A DNA stretch of 64,000 bases from Ranitomeya imitator (Eukaryota), in assembly GCF_032444005.1 (NCBI RefSeq), contig NC_091284.1, forward strand, positions 120,342,001 through 120,406,000, in the 5' to 3' direction. A program made the position numbers and the translations under genes. The notes beneath the pieces are model-generated. The model had not been told where the DNA came from, made no database searches, and saw nothing but the letters and a program-made list of their open reading frames with translations. This document shows positions 35,527 to 49,314 of this stretch, in pieces. The stretch's first letter is position 1. Every line of letters starts with the position of its first letter.

Positions 35527-37130
35527 TGTGACGCAGTGAGGGGTATTGTGCTGGATGGTAGATATATTCCTTCCAGCAAGTGTCTCTCGCTCTGTGAGAA
35601 GCAGGGAAGGAGGTCAAGCCCTGGCCTGGACCTTCTCTGCTATACAGGGTTTTTGGGGCAATGCTCAGATTACACAGCTGAAGGACTTAAGACAGCATAA
35701 AAAGACAGCTAGAACTCCTCAGAGTGGGTTTTTAAGTTGCGAAAAGCTGAGGGATGTTTTCGGGCAACATCAGACCTGAATGGACTGTCATGTCTGGGCC
35801 CTAAACTATGTTGTTTAAACAAGCCAGACTTTTACTTTATCTGATATAAGACTATGTTTTGTTTCTACTGCCAGGTTGAATAAAACACTGCGCTTGGACG
35901 GAAAATCTGCGTGTGCCTCTTTACGTTCCTGTCATTGCCTACCAGAGCGAATCCCCACAATTGGTAGCTTGATGTGGGCCCACGCAGTGAGGCGGGGGCT
36001 ATAAATGGACATTTGTGCTTCTTGCCGGCTACCAGTGTATGTCCTAGATAAAGGAATTATCGCAAACCCAGACAGGGATTTCTGAAGAGATGGAGGCGGT
36101 GGTGAAAGCGCTCATAGAAGCCACCTGACAGCAACAAATATTTAACCAGCAGCAACTGGAGACCAACCAACTGCTGGAACAGCACATGACGCATGCTAGA
36201 GACAGCAGGAACTCTACGAACGGTTCACTATGTCCGGAAAATGGTCCATGCAGCAATCCCCAAAATTGTTCATCAGATGACGTTGAGACCTAACTGGACT
36301 TGTTTGAGAGAATGGCCAAGAGGGAGGGTCTACCCCATGATCAATGAGTGGAAGTCATCGCTCCATTTCTGGCACCAGGACCCCAGAAGGCCTATTGTGA
36401 CTTACCGGCTGAGTAAGCAGTGAAATACACAGTCGTCAAGGGTGAAATACTGGCGCAACTTGGCTTAAACGTGTTGGATCAGGTCCAGCGCATGCATTAG
36501 TGGGAGTTTAATCCTTCCAAATTGATGAGATCCTAGTGTTATGACTTACAGCAGCTGATATAAAAGTGGTTGCAGCCCAAGGTGCTGTCTCCCACTGCCA
36601 TGGTGGACCACATAGTGGATGATAAATTTTGGAGGGGACTTACCACACCTCCTGCAGCGCTGGGTCGGACAGTCATTCCCTAGTAATGTGCTCCAGATGT
36701 TGAACCTTATAGAGCAGTTTGGGGCTACTTAGGGACTCTGGGAGGGTCTCCGGGTAGGGTGACAGGAAAGTCCTGAAAATTCCCACCTAAGATCCCTCGG
36801 GCAGAACCAAGGAGGGCAGCTCAGGATGTATTCAGAGGATAATGAGTCCCAATAGTCTGCTGCCATTGCCACGAGCCAGGCCATGTAAGGGCCGACTTCC
36901 GTCACCTTGCTAAGCCCATAGACACAAACTTTTGGTACTGAGAGTCCCTGTATGCTAAAAGGGTCTGTGCAAGAGGCACCACGGGATCAACATTTATGTC
37001 AATTTGAAATAGAGGCACCCCTGCAGTGACCTTACTGGACTTTGGGAGCCTAGTGACCCTGGTACGGGCTAACCTTGTGCGACCCACCGAGTTCACCGGC
37101 TGAAAAATTGGGTATTATGGGTATTAAGTT
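35527..37130 (+). mobile_element. Decayed Gmr1-like Gypsy: LTR (35527-35959), PBS, SCAN-type gag, protease; 3' truncated
   Basis: TGTGAC...CCCCACA LTR with AATAAA; TGGTAG PBS at 35962; gag LFERMAKREGLP...APFL...PQKAY...KWLQP with stops; protease-like LLDFGSLVTLVRA near 37035. Confidence 0.75.
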
Positions 37131-38989
37131 GTGGTGGGGTAGAGGGGTGCAGATATTTTGGAAGTGAAGTAGAGTTCTTGAACTAAAACCAGCCAACCCA
37201 GCATTTATCTTTGGCTCAAAATGGCTAAAACCAAAATGAATCTTCTTTCTGAATCCCGTTTGATGTTTCAATTAATACATTTATAGCATCCCGATAAATC
37301 CATTATCTGCACCGTACATTTCAGTTCCTTGGCAAATAACTCATATCATGGACTAAAGTGCAAAGTAAGCAAACCCACAAACATCAACTTTATCTTATCG
37401 GCGTGTCAGCTAAAATCATATAAGGTGTGGATTTAATGTCCACAAATCTCTTCTGAACATGTTCAAGTAAAAAAATCATAATTGAAGTGTCAGTATAGCT
37501 TGCACATTTCATTTAGATAGAACACCTTAGTATCTTTTTGGAAAGGTACTGACTCAACTGTGCTTGTAAAGTGTAAAAAGAATGTAGGAGCTCCATGCCA
37601 TTGCTTCCAGAACAACGGATTCTGCAGGACATGCATTTTGTGAATATCTTACTGTAGCAAACAGGAGTTATACACTCAAAGGTATTTTCATATGTTACCA
37701 TGAACAATCTATGATACGTATCACAAGAGTAGGATTGCATCAGTACAAACAGAGCACAGCTGCAAAATGGACCTGGACACCAGGTTACCTACTGGAAATT
37801 ATTGCATTTACTTATTGAAAAAGAAAAAGCGCTTGATATGTGTGTTTGTACGCTTGAAAACAGACAAAGGTCCAACAAATTCAATCTATTAGTGTTATTC
37901 CAGAGGAAGGCAACAAAACCTTTTGGGATGCTAACTGCCTTGTATAAGAGTGGAAAAAAATCCTTCTTTACTTCCTCTTTAGCAAACAAAAGAAATCCTG
38001 AAGCAACTTCTCATCTCCAGCAATCTAGTACACATAATAACGTGTAATTTTATATTTTTCTAACAAAGGCCTCTTTTAAACTTGTTCAATGAATTAACCA
38101 TCACAAAATTGTTTTGTGGAAAGTGCCTACAGTATCATTGCTCTTAAAGTAAGGAATCCCATCTCTAATTATGGTGAAACTAGAGATGAGCGGATCTGGC
38201 AAAATTCAAAATCGCCGGTATGTGCGGATTTTCTTGGGCATTTTGATTCTGGGCATAATAAACATAAGATGTAAAAATAAAATAAAAATACTTATCCTTA
38301 CCTCTCCGGCCCCTCAGCTCCTTACCGTCACCCATCCGGTCCTTGTTGCATCTTCTTATCACTGCAAATGCTGAATCTCCAGCTCTGATGAGGCCAGGTA
38401 TGATTCTGCAAATGCGTGCAGAAGGTCACTGCGCATGTTCTGATATCATGACATAGTTCGTTACTAATCACATATTTTGATTGCCATTGCAAGCTATGAA
38501 TCTCCTGGCCTCTTTCTGCTAGGCTAAGATTTCCTGTTCTGAGGTCAAGAAGATTGAGTGCAAGTGTGCAAAAGGTCACTATGTTATGATGTGTGCCTAA
38601 CGAACATATGCAGAACCATCCCAGTCCTCATCTGAGCTGGAAATTCTAGCCTAGCCTGAAGAGGCCTATGGATATAGCGCTCATGGTGGTGATAAGAAGC
38701 TGCAACAAGGAACAGACAGATGACGATGAGGACCGGGGAGGAGAGCGGTTTTGATAATTATATTTTTTGTTTCCAACCTTTTGGTGTTTTTTTATAGTTC
38801 AGCAAAATGATGGCAGTGAGAGCCCATTATTCTGTATCGAGCCATATATGGGGTCCATTATTCTGTATGGAGCAATATGTGGGGTTCAACATACTGTATG
38901 GAGCAATATATGGGGCTCATTTTACTGCATAAAGCACTGCATGGAGCAATATATGGGGCACATTATACTAAATGGAGCATGTATGGAGT

Positions 38990-39320
38990 ACTTTGTTGTG
39001 TCCATAATACTGTGGTGCTCATATTACTGTATGGAGGACTATGTGGTGCCCATAATACTGTATGGAGAACTATGTTGTACTCATAATACTGTATGGAGGA
39101 CTATGTGGTGCCCAGAATACTGTATGGAGGACTATGTGATGCCCATAATACAGTATAGAGAACTATGTTGTACCCAGAATACTGTATGGAGGACTATGTG
39201 GTGCCCAGAATACTGTATGGAGGACTATGTGATGCCCAGAATACTGTATGGAGAACTATGTTGTACCCAGAATACTGTATGGAGGACTATGTGGTGCCAA
39301 GAGTACTGTATGGAGGACTA
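38990..39320. repeat. 31-bp minisatellite (~10 copies), likely inside a non-autonomous DNA element ending ~39565
   Basis: Unit CCAGAATACTGTATGGAGGACTATGTGGTGC; period 31 (ACTGTATGG at 39026, 39057). Confidence 0.85.
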
Positions 39321-39677
39321 TATTGTCCGGTCTAAAATGATAAATCTGCAGTCACTCTGTGCACTGTGCGCTGCGAGGATTTGCTAGTTTCTGAGCTATT
39401 GTAGAATTTACAATAAATGTCACTCATGTAATGTAAGAAGTAAATGAAATCTTTGGCATTGTACTATACCTATATTTCTCTGCCGTATCATGAATCGTGT
39501 ATGTGTTAAAGGGACCCACTGAGACTCTTTCTCTCAGGACCCACAAAAACCCAGATCCGGCCCTGATCCCACGTCTGCAACCTACAGCAGTCATAATGGA
39601 GCAGTAGAGAGACAGATTTTAAGGATAAAGGTGTAGCACTCTGCACTATATCAGTAGATATTTACATACCACTGTAA

Positions 39678-40016
39678 GGCTAGGTTCAGATTGCATTATA
39701 GGCAGTCCATTAGACAGACTGCATTACACCGCGGCATAACGCGGTGTAACGCAGTCCGTTAACGCCGCCATTAAGCCCTATGTGGGATGCATCGCTAGCG
39801 CACGCCCAAAATGGGTGTGCGCTAGCGATGTGCCGTCATTGAGTGACGGACCCTGGGACGCGGGCTGCAGCGTTTCCGAGTCCGTCACCGCTAGTGCAGA
39901 TAGAGCATCTGCTAGCTCTATCTGCGCTAGGACGATCACATTTCGGCACTTGCGTTAACGCAGCCCTTTTAACGCATGTGTTGAAGGGGCTGCATTAACG
40001 CAATGTGAACCTAGCC
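39678..40016. mobile_element. PIF/Harbinger-type MITE
   Basis: TAA|GGCTAGGTTCAGATTGC ... GCAATGTGAACCTAGCC|TAA. Confidence 0.9.
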
Positions 40017-40618
40017 TAAGATACTCCTTTGGAGGACATTTACACTTTGTTACTCAGCATTTTAGTAAAACAATGGCAACTTGTCTGAGAAGGCAGGGAT
40101 GTCTATTTTTCTTTTTGTCTTTCTCCTATGCAAGTAACACTCCCATGATGACATCTCATTTATCTCATTAGTAAGAAAGAAATGCGTTTGGAGGGATATA
40201 TTCTTTTTTTGGGGGGGATATCTGCAGAGCTCATTTGGGTACTACCTTGATTAGGGCGGGAGCACATACACGAGGCATGACAGGGTAGGTAATAGGAAAT
40301 TGTGTTCGTTGTACCACAGAATTCCACAACTGGATGCCCCTTGACTCAAATGGGCTAGTGGTTAGCAACTTTTATGCACTGACACTTTCTTTATTTTGAA
40401 GCATTTTCTCATGATTTCTCTGATTAGACCCTATCTATTTTGGGGTGCCTATGCGACTTTAGGCCCATTTTGGATGTTATATCTATGATGTGAGTTTAAA
40501 TCCATATTATTTGTGGTCAATTATCGCAATGGATTTTATTGTGTACGTTTTTTAAAAGTTATGTTTTAATAAGTTTTTCTCCATGCTAGTCAAAGTGTTA
40601 TCTTGAAAAACAAGACCC

Positions 40619-41346
40619 TGTAATGGAAACAGTGATCACAACTGATTACAAACACCTGAACTCAACAGGTCCCTATTCAGACTAAGAATGTCCCTAATCT
40701 GAACCTGATTTTTCCCTGCCTGACCGCGGAGGTTGTCACCCTAATTATCCGCAATGGTGCTCCAACTCAATGTTGACTTACCCTGAATGTCTTTAAATGC
40801 ACCCTCTATAAACAATGTGCAACACTAAAACAATAATAACTATAAAGTGAAATACACAAAAATCTGAGGAAAAGGCACAGGTCTATGAACATTTTCACAC
40901 AGACACAGGAAAAATACAAGAAAATAAAAAGAACCACAACAACAGAATACAGGGAAAACGTCCCAGACCCCAAACATAAAAGAAAGGAATGGGTACTGGG
41001 GAGGAAGAGACACAAACAAACCGTGGGAAAAAGAACAGAGATTAACCAGGTAAGATAATCCCTAGCTGAGCCACTGGCTCTCCAAACACCATCTGTCTTG
41101 AAATAAAGCCAGCAAAGATGCAGTTGCAAGGTTGAGTATAAATAGCCCCTCTAAAGAATTGATAGGACAGAATCAAATTCGAAAGTGAGAGACACCTGAA
41201 TAGAAGCAAACCAAATAATGGAAAGAAAAGACAATTGAACCATCAGTAGTTGGACATAGACCAAAACTGGCTGTGGCTCAGCTCAAAAGGAAACTGACCA
41301 CCTAGTAAGGGGTCACTGGATTAAGTCCCGAAACAGAGGCATGACA
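40619..41346. mobile_element. Possible old solo LTR
   Basis: TGTAATG...CATGACA ends, LTR-like composition; no TSD found. Confidence 0.35.
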
Positions 41347-43821
41347 CCAACTTGAGCTTCGACAAATTTGCACAGCACTTCACACATTCTTTCTTTTTGT
41401 GTACACACCCTTTTACAGGCCTTTTTGCTAGGATAGGGAATTTTTAAATTCCTGGTCAAAGGTCCGGGCTAGTATTACAGTAAGAACACCTTCATTATTT
41501 ATTTGAATTGTTTTCACTTTTGTGTCAATCATGCACGTGTGTCTGTCTGTCACTAAGATTTTTTAGGTTGGGTTTCCTTTTTCCCTCTTGAATGGTCTAG
41601 AGGGGGAATGTGTGCCCTTCAGGTTTTGCTCCACCCTGATCCATGTCTCTCCTCTCCTGGGAGGGAGTTGACCATATATGGTTCCAAGTTTTGCTTGGGT
41701 GGAAGCCCTGGGAGATGCTGGGAGCAAGATTGGGTCTCCATTGGCTTTGATTAGGGGAAGCTTACTAGTCCCTGACTCTTGCTGTGGCCTTTTAGCTCGG
41801 AGGGACAGGGAATGGTTATTGTGGGCCTTTCTCCTGCTGGAGAAGCCTATGTTTGACCACATCCTAATGCACTTTTTTGTGGCACCTTTAGTTACTTTTT
41901 TTTAGCGCCCTTTGGTATAGAGTACAGCTCTCATGCTCTTAATAAAAAAAAATTGTTGAATAACCCATAAATGTCCAATTAGTCTCCGTAAGTCTCAAAG
42001 TCTTTGAAAGACAAAAAAAGCAATGAGCACTGTGCTATTTATTTTTGCAGTGAATGGGAATGGGGAACTTCCAAGGTTTGGCTCAGTAAGTTTTCCGCAT
42101 ATTACTTCTCCTCCTTGCATTTTTCCTTGTAGGATATTGCTGCTACGTCCAGGTGCATCACATTGTGCTTTACCTTATTATGTCTTCTTAGTTTCGGTTC
42201 TGTTCCCCTCTCGCAACATGCAGCTTCTCAGAAACACTTCTCTTCCCCTGCCTTCTCCTGCCTGTCAAATGACATTTTTGAACATTTACAACTCCAAAAA
42301 ACTTATATTTTTTTCATGAATCTGTCATTTTGGGGATTCTAACAAACTGTAGTACTGGGCCCAACAACAATTGGAGCACCCGTCAAACTTTTACAAACTG
42401 TGAATGCTTTATTCTCCACACTTGTTACTGTACATTTGGCAAGTGTTCTGTCCATTTGTTTTTAACGCTATTAAATATATATGAACTAATAAAGCCTTCT
42501 CTATAATGGAAAGGATGTTATTACAAGGCGAAGTGCTTTCACTTAATTACTTTTTCAATATACGTTGCACTATGTGACAGGACATTAAAGCTCTGATGGG
42601 GTAAATATAATCTTTGTCTATCAGATTGAGATGAGCTTTGAACAGTGTGTTCTAGGGGAGAGCATGTCTGATGTTCAGAGAAGAAATTCTGCTTTCTTCT
42701 TTCCTCTGCAGTTCACAGAGCGACGTCTGAGGTCGAATCCGCACTTTAGCAAACTCCCCGCATCTCTTAGCTTCTTTTGAAACTGCATCTCCCTGCCTCC
42801 ATTTTTTCCTTCTTTTTTAGAAAAGCACTGAGAGCTGCAAGCTATCCCTTCTCCCTCCCTCCGGCTGATGTCTTGCTGAGACGTCGCCTGTTCTGACCTT
42901 GCTTAGAACTGAATACTGCACAATGATCCTCAGCACTCTGCAAGATTGACAAATTATAGGGTGAAAAGTAACGATCAGTCTGGCTATTGTAGTAACCCAC
43001 CTTTTTATTTCTAAATGCGTCCAACCTCCAATTTACAGCAGAAGTGGCTGCAAGCAAAGCATCCCTGTGACAGCTTTCTGCCCTGACTACCAAGCGCCAT
43101 CCCAAGAGATAGATGGCATGTTTTATCTGTGCTTATCCGCAGTACAAATACCATTCAGATCTGTGACACCAAACCTGTGATGTAGCGCGGAGCATTCTTT
43201 ATATATGCGGCTTGCTTGCTGATCGCTGTGTCATCATATTGCAGGAAATATTTTTATGCCATACATTCTCTAACTCATGATAATCCAATCCCTTCCTTCT
43301 CTTGTTTCCAACATGCTGTAAATTTGGGGGACGTTTTAATCATTTGGCTATTACATGTTCATAATCTTTAAGGAATTATTTCTGTAAATTTCATAAAAAG
43401 ATCAAAGAAAAATAGGAGGTGAAACTAATTTGTTGGCTCCGGATATGTGGTATAATGGCAGAAATTATTATTGGACCTGTATCAGTGAGTCTGTATTCCC
43501 AATTGCCAGGGTTCTTAAAAAGAGAATTATCCACAGTGACATACCTCTCCCAGTTCTAAACTATTCTATGGCTCCAAATATAGAAGCTCCAATTAATTTC
43601 ATTATATAAAACTAGGTTCACAGATACAGAAATCTTTGAGCTGTGCTGACCGTATTAATAGAAATGTGTTATCGGAAAATACCCTATTCATCAAATCAGG
43701 CATTTTGTTTTAGATTTTTGAAGATGTTTTTTTTTTATTTTGGTGGATGGTCTAAATTCTAACTTTTTCTAGGCTTTGTGAGTCTTTATCCCAGTATTCA
43801 GATACTCAGTTTTTGTAGGTG

Positions 43822-44537
43822 TGTAAGGATATGGACATTCTGCCCTTGAAGAAACAAGTTTCAATGTTGTAATAGGTGATAAGTAATATGAATTGTGATG
43901 TTCGGTAGATATGTTAGTAATGATGGTAATATGTGAAGGTTGACCGTAGGAACAGTTAGAGTTAATATTTGGGACTAACCCAGAGTGAGAGAGGCTAAGT
44001 CCTAGGGAAGGTGATGATTTCCTGTCAGAGAGGGAGGTAGGGCCTGGAGTGAATAGTGAATGGACCAAAAGATTTAAGGTGAGCAGTGCCTAATTCTAGG
44101 TGAGAGGAGACCAAAGAGCAGGGATGGCGAGATCCAGAATACAAGTAACAAGTAACTAAGAAACAGGTCCTAGGAGAGGATACCTAGCCATGAGATCCAG
44201 AGGTGATAACGTTAAAAGGTAGAGGCCTAAACAGAGACTGTGTACGTGGGACTAGTAAAGTGACCAAGAACAAGTTAAGGACACTTGTTAATCAGGACCG
44301 TAGCGTTAAAGCTGGATTGTGGTGAAGTAGGGAGAAACAGTGGCCATAGAGGGCCCTGGAGTAAACTAATGGGAAAGGAAACCGTGTAGAAAATGCTTTA
44401 AGTTGTAAAGGATACATTCAAAATACTTTGTGCCCACTTCCCCTTGTATATAACCCTTACCATGTTACCGTTCAGTAAAGAGTTTATTTTTGAGTGGCGT
44501 TCTCCCTCATTGAACTGTGAAACATATGATCCTTGCA
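43822..44537 (+). mobile_element. Probable solo LTR
   Basis: TGTAAGGAT...ATCCTTGCA short inverted ends; TATATAA ~44447 and AGTAAA ~44475; no TSD found. Confidence 0.45.
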
Positions 44538-44708
44538 ATTGAACAGGCAACAACGGTTGCATGTGGACTGCACGGGCGTAATGCCCTCACAGCAAAAGTC
44601 CACACACCAAGCCAGGTCCTGTAGCGTGCCGGGGCATCTGGAGTCAACCCCTCTCCCACGACTACTGCCCTGTGCCACGTTACTGGTGTGCATCAGAAAT
44701 GATAACTA

Positions 44709-46320
44709 CAGGTCCTTCTCAAAAAATTAGCATATAGTGTTAAATTTCATTATTTACCATAATGTAATGATTACAATTAAACTTTCATATATTATAGATT
44801 CATTATCCACCAACTGAAATTTGTCAGGTCTTTTATTCTTTTAATACTGATGATTTTGGCATACAACTCCTGATAACCCAAAAAACCTGTCTCAATAAAT
44901 TAGCATATCAAGAAAAGGTTCTCTAAACGACCTATTACCCTAATCTTCTGAATCAACTAATTAACTCTAAACACATGCAAAAGATACCTGAGGCTTTTAT
45001 AAACTCCCTGCCTGGTCCATTACTCAAAACCCCCATCATGGGTAAGACTAGCGACCTGACAGATGTCAAGAAGGCCATCATTGACACCCTCAAGCAAGAA
45101 GGTAAGACCCAGAAAGAAATTTCTCAACAAATAGGCTGTTCCCAGAGTGCTGTATCAAGGCACCTCAATGGTAAGTCTGTTGGAAGGAAACAATGTGGCA
45201 GAAAACGCTGTACAACGAGAAGAGGAGACCGGACCCTGAGGAAGATTGTGGAGAAGGACCGATTCCAGACCTTGGGGAACCTGAGGAAGCAGTGGACTGA
45301 GTCTGGTGTGGAAACATCCAGAGCCACCGTGCACAGGCGTGTGCAGGAAATGGGCTACAGGTGCCGCATTCCCCAGGTAAAGCCACTTTTGAACCATAAA
45401 CAGCGGCAGAGGCGCCTGACCTGGGCTACAGAGAAGCAGCACTGGACTGTTGCTAAGTGGTCCCAAGTACTTTTTTCTGATGAAAGCAAATTTTGCATGT
45501 CATTCGGAAATCAAGGTGCCAGAGTCTGGAGGAAGACTGGGGAGAAGGAAATGCCAAAATGCCTGAAGTCCAGTGTCAAGTACCCACAGTCAGTGATGGT
45601 GTGGGGTGCCATGTCAGCTGCTGGTGTTGGTCCACTGTGTTTCATCAAGGGCAGGGTCAATGCAGCTAGCTATCAGGAGATTTTGGAGCACTTCATGCTT
45701 CCATCGGCTGAAATGCTTTATGGAGATGAAGATTTCATTTTTCAGCACGACCTGGCACCTGCTCACAGTGCCAAAACCACTGGTAAATGGTTTACTGACC
45801 ATGGTATTACTGTGCTCAATTGGCCTGCCAACTCTCCTGACCTGAACCCCATAGAGAATCTGTGGGATATTGTGAAGAGAAAGTTGAGAGACGCGAGACC
45901 CAACACTCTGGATGAGCTTAAGGCCGCTATTGAAGCATCCTGGGCCTCCATAACATCTCAGCAGTGTCACAGGCTGATTGCCTCCATGCCACGCCGCATT
46001 GAAGCAGTCATTTCTGCCAAAGGATTCCCGACCAAGTATTGAGTGCATAACTGAACATTATTATTTGATGGTTTTTTTGTTTGTTATTAAAAAACACTTT
46101 TATTTGATTGGATGGGTGAAATATGCTAATTTATTGAGACAGGTTTTTTGGGTTATCAGGAGTTGTATGCCAAAATCATCAGTATTAAAACAATAAAAGA
46201 CCTGACAAATTTCAGTTGGTGGATAATGAATCTATAATATATGAACGTTTAATTGTAATCATTACATTATGGTAAATAATGAAATTTAACACTATATGCT
46301 AATTTTTTGAGAAGGACCTG
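44709..46320 (+). mobile_element. Complete Tc1 transposon (1612 bp) with 200-bp TIRs
   Basis: TA TSD (44707-44708, 46321-46322); TIRs 44709-44908 and 46121-46320 with 2 mismatches by eye. Confidence 0.97.
45038..46042 (+). CDS. Intact Tc1 DD34E transposase (334 aa)
   Basis: MGKTSDLT...; LFSDESKF, FQHDLAPAH, NPIENLW with 34 residues between the second D and E. Confidence 0.95.
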   Translation: MGKTSDLTDVKKAIIDTLKQEGKTQKEISQQIGCSQSAVSRHLNGKSVGRKQCGRKRCTTRRGDRTLRKIVEKDRFQTLGNLRKQWTESGVETSRATVHRRVQEMGYRCRIPQVKPLLNHKQRQRRLTWATEKQHWTVAKWSQVLFSDESKFCMSFGNQGARVWRKTGEKEMPKCLKSSVKYPQSVMVWGAMSAAGVGPLCFIKGRVNAASYQEILEHFMLPSAEMLYGDEDFIFQHDLAPAHSAKTTGKWFTDHGITVLNWPANSPDLNPIENLWDIVKRKLRDARPNTLDELKAAIEASWASITSQQCHRLIASMPRRIEAVISAKGFPTKY

Positions 46321-48136
46321 TACTTACACTATATCTTGTCTCTTGAACCATTACCCTCTAGGCACATCCATTCTTCTCTTGGTTTGCTGTGGCACTGATA
46401 TGTTAGAAGGAGCACCGTTTTGTGTACTCTGTCTATGTACTTATCAGTCAAACAAGGCGACCTTTTCAACTTTCCGTTACAAGGGCCATCTAAATTAGCA
46501 ATTTCTGCAATGAACCGCTAACAATGGCGAGATAGGTTCTAACAATGTGAAGACAAATCTCTGCTTTTCAGCTTCTGCGAAGACCGTTGTGCTGATTGAC
46601 TACAATAATCACAGCAAATGCCCTTTACAGTATTGTCTCAGCAGATAACACTAGTATACATTAACTCCAGCTGTCTGCGCTTGCTTCTTGCTATTCAGAT
46701 GGGAAAGCTCTTTGTTGCTTGTAACTATTCTCCAAATGCTTCTCGTCTTCCTCCTGTGAGTGTTTTATCAACGTCACCTTACATTCCGCATTATTTGCGC
46801 GGCTGGATTTACAAAGCAGTTTCAACACGATTAGCTCCGTATGAGAAAATAATATGGCAATTAAAAATAAAACGTGATCACTGCGCCTTTTATGTTGAGT
46901 GTGGATCTCCCTCCTGCCTCATTCTGGCAGATGATAGAGGAGAAAATACCTAATCTGGTATCTGTCCATGTTGGAAATGCTTTATGTTGCCTATTACGAC
47001 TCAGTCTGTCTCATGCATACCACACCGACAGGGCAAAAATGCTTTTCTTTCCCTCTGGTGCAGTCTGACTGTGCGGCGTATAAATATTATTGATCCTGGT
47101 GTTTAATACACTAATGAAAGCCACTGTTATTGACTTTGTAATTAATACGCTGTCTCGGAGTAAAGTTTGTCAGGAGTAGTATGTATGAAAGCAGCTTAGA
47201 CTTTGTTACACAAAATAAAGCGATTTGCTGTACTGTCCTGAAGTGGACCTCTTGTCCATATTTCTCCCTGGAGAAAGGCACTTCCCCAGCTAACAGCAGA
47301 CAGATTGTGGGATAAGCTCTCATTTCTTCAGACGGAGACCGAGGCATGGCTCCTTGTGGTGTTTTCACTTAAAATAAAGAAAAATCTATATGGAAGTCGG
47401 ATAGTTTATTAATATGTTCTTTGAAGCTATGACTATTTGAACAGAAACATTACTTAGCTTCTTTAATAAGTTGATATTAGCATTTTTTTTAAATACCTGT
47501 CTGTCGCCACCACAAGCCCAAACCATGTATTGCTAGCATTAAGGGCTAGTGCAGATGACCATATTTTTGGTTTGAGTGCCATTTGACAAAACATCGCACT
47601 CTGACCAATGTTAGGCTATGAGGCACATGTCCGATTTATTTATTTTGTTCCTTGGGCAAGGCCTGTCCAAGGAAAATAATCGCAGCATGCACGCTTTGCA
47701 TCCCATACTCAGATCGCACTTTTTTATCCATCTTCTCTGCATCTGAGAAAATATGATCAGAGTGTGATTAGCAAGAACAATACATGGGCCCATTGCAGTC
47801 TAATAATTCACCATAATGTACAATTACACGTCTTTTGGCCTCCTTACCTCTTGGGCCCCTGTGTGGCTGTACAGGTCGCACCAATGGTATGTGCACCTCT
47901 GGTCTGGTAGGGCTGTTCAGATGCTTGTTTTTATTGAAGACCAAGTGTGCACAAAAAATAAAATGGAGACATCAATGTTTTTACATGAGTTACAGTACAA
48001 ACTCAGCCATGCAAATCAGTGAAAAACCCGGACAGATGCATCCTAGTGCAGTTCATTTTCACTGACCGTTTGTTGGGAGAAGCATGAGAAGCCTCCATCA
48101 TTTTTTTTTACATTTCAAAAAACTGATGATGCATTA

Positions 48137-48423
48137 GGGTATGTGCCCACGATGAGGAATAGCAGCGTTTTGGATACAGAGCACTTGCGCAGCTGTATTG
48201 TACAGTACAAGCACAGTGGATGGGATATATACAAATCCCATGCCCACTGTGCTTCTATTTGGCGTGGCGCAAACTCACCCACGGTGTGGATTTACGAGCC
48301 GCATCTTGTCAATTTCTGTTGCAAACACACTAGAAATTTCCACAATAGAATGTATAGGATGCGGTAAATCCGCATTGTTCAGTGAACCCATGCGGATTTA
48401 CCTGCGTGATTAGAACGTGGCCC
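48137..48423. mobile_element. Degenerate Harbinger-type MITE
   Basis: TTA|GGGTATGTGCCCACG left TIR; right end eroded; probably nested in an older MITE (~47543-48570). Confidence 0.5.
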
Positions 48424-48578
48424 TTTGGACGAAGCAAAAAATATGCTGCTTTCAAATTGCTGCTGCTACCTGATCGTAGAAACTCTGACCAAACTCTGAT
48501 GAAAATGTGATTCAGTGTAGGGATGGATATCAGCCCATTTTTCACGCATACAAAAATGTAACACATAACCTAGAGTAA

Positions 48579-49314
48579 AGGTATCTTCACACTGAACAAC
48601 TTAACAACGATATCGCTAGCGATCCGTGACGTTGCAGCGTCCTGGATAGCGATATCGTTGTGTTTGACACGCAGCAGCGATCTGGATCCTGCTGTGACAT
48701 CGTTGGTCGGAGCAGAAAGGCCAGAACTTTATTTCGTCGCTGGATCTCCCGCAGACATCGCTGAATCGGCGTGTGTGACACCGATTCAGCGATGTCTTCA
48801 CTGGTAACCAGGGTAAACATTGGGTTACTAAGCGCAGGGCCGCGCTTAGTAACCCGATATTTACCCTGGTTACCAGTGTAAATGTAAAAAAAACCAAACA
48901 GTACATACTTACATTCCGGTGTCTGTCGCGTCCCCCGACGTTCTGCTTCCCTGCACTGTCAGTGCCGGCTGGCCGTAAAGCAGAGCACAGTGGTGACGTC
49001 ACCGCTCTGCTTTACGGCTGGCGCTTACACAGTGCAGGGAAGCAGAACGCCGGGGGACGCGACAGACACCGGAATGTAAGTATGTAGTGTTTTTTTTTTT
49101 TACATTTACACTGGTAACCAGGGTAAATATCGGGTTACTAAGCGCGGCCCTGCGCTTAGTAACCCGATGTTTACCCTGGTTACCAGGAGACTTCGGCATC
49201 ATTGGTCGCTGGAGAGCTGTCTGTGTGACAGCTCTCCAGCGACCACACAGCGACGCTGCAGCGATCGGCATCGTTGTCTTGATCGCTGCAGCGTTGCTAA
49301 ATGTGACGGTACCT
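48579..49314. mobile_element. PIF/Harbinger-type MITE (family of 19955-20686)
   Basis: TAA|AGGTATCTTCACA ... TGTGACGGTACCT|TAA; internal palindrome. Confidence 0.85.

Noticed and set aside
38767-39387. 206-aa ORF with repeated YCMEDY motif
   Set aside because: Translation of the 31-bp minisatellite.
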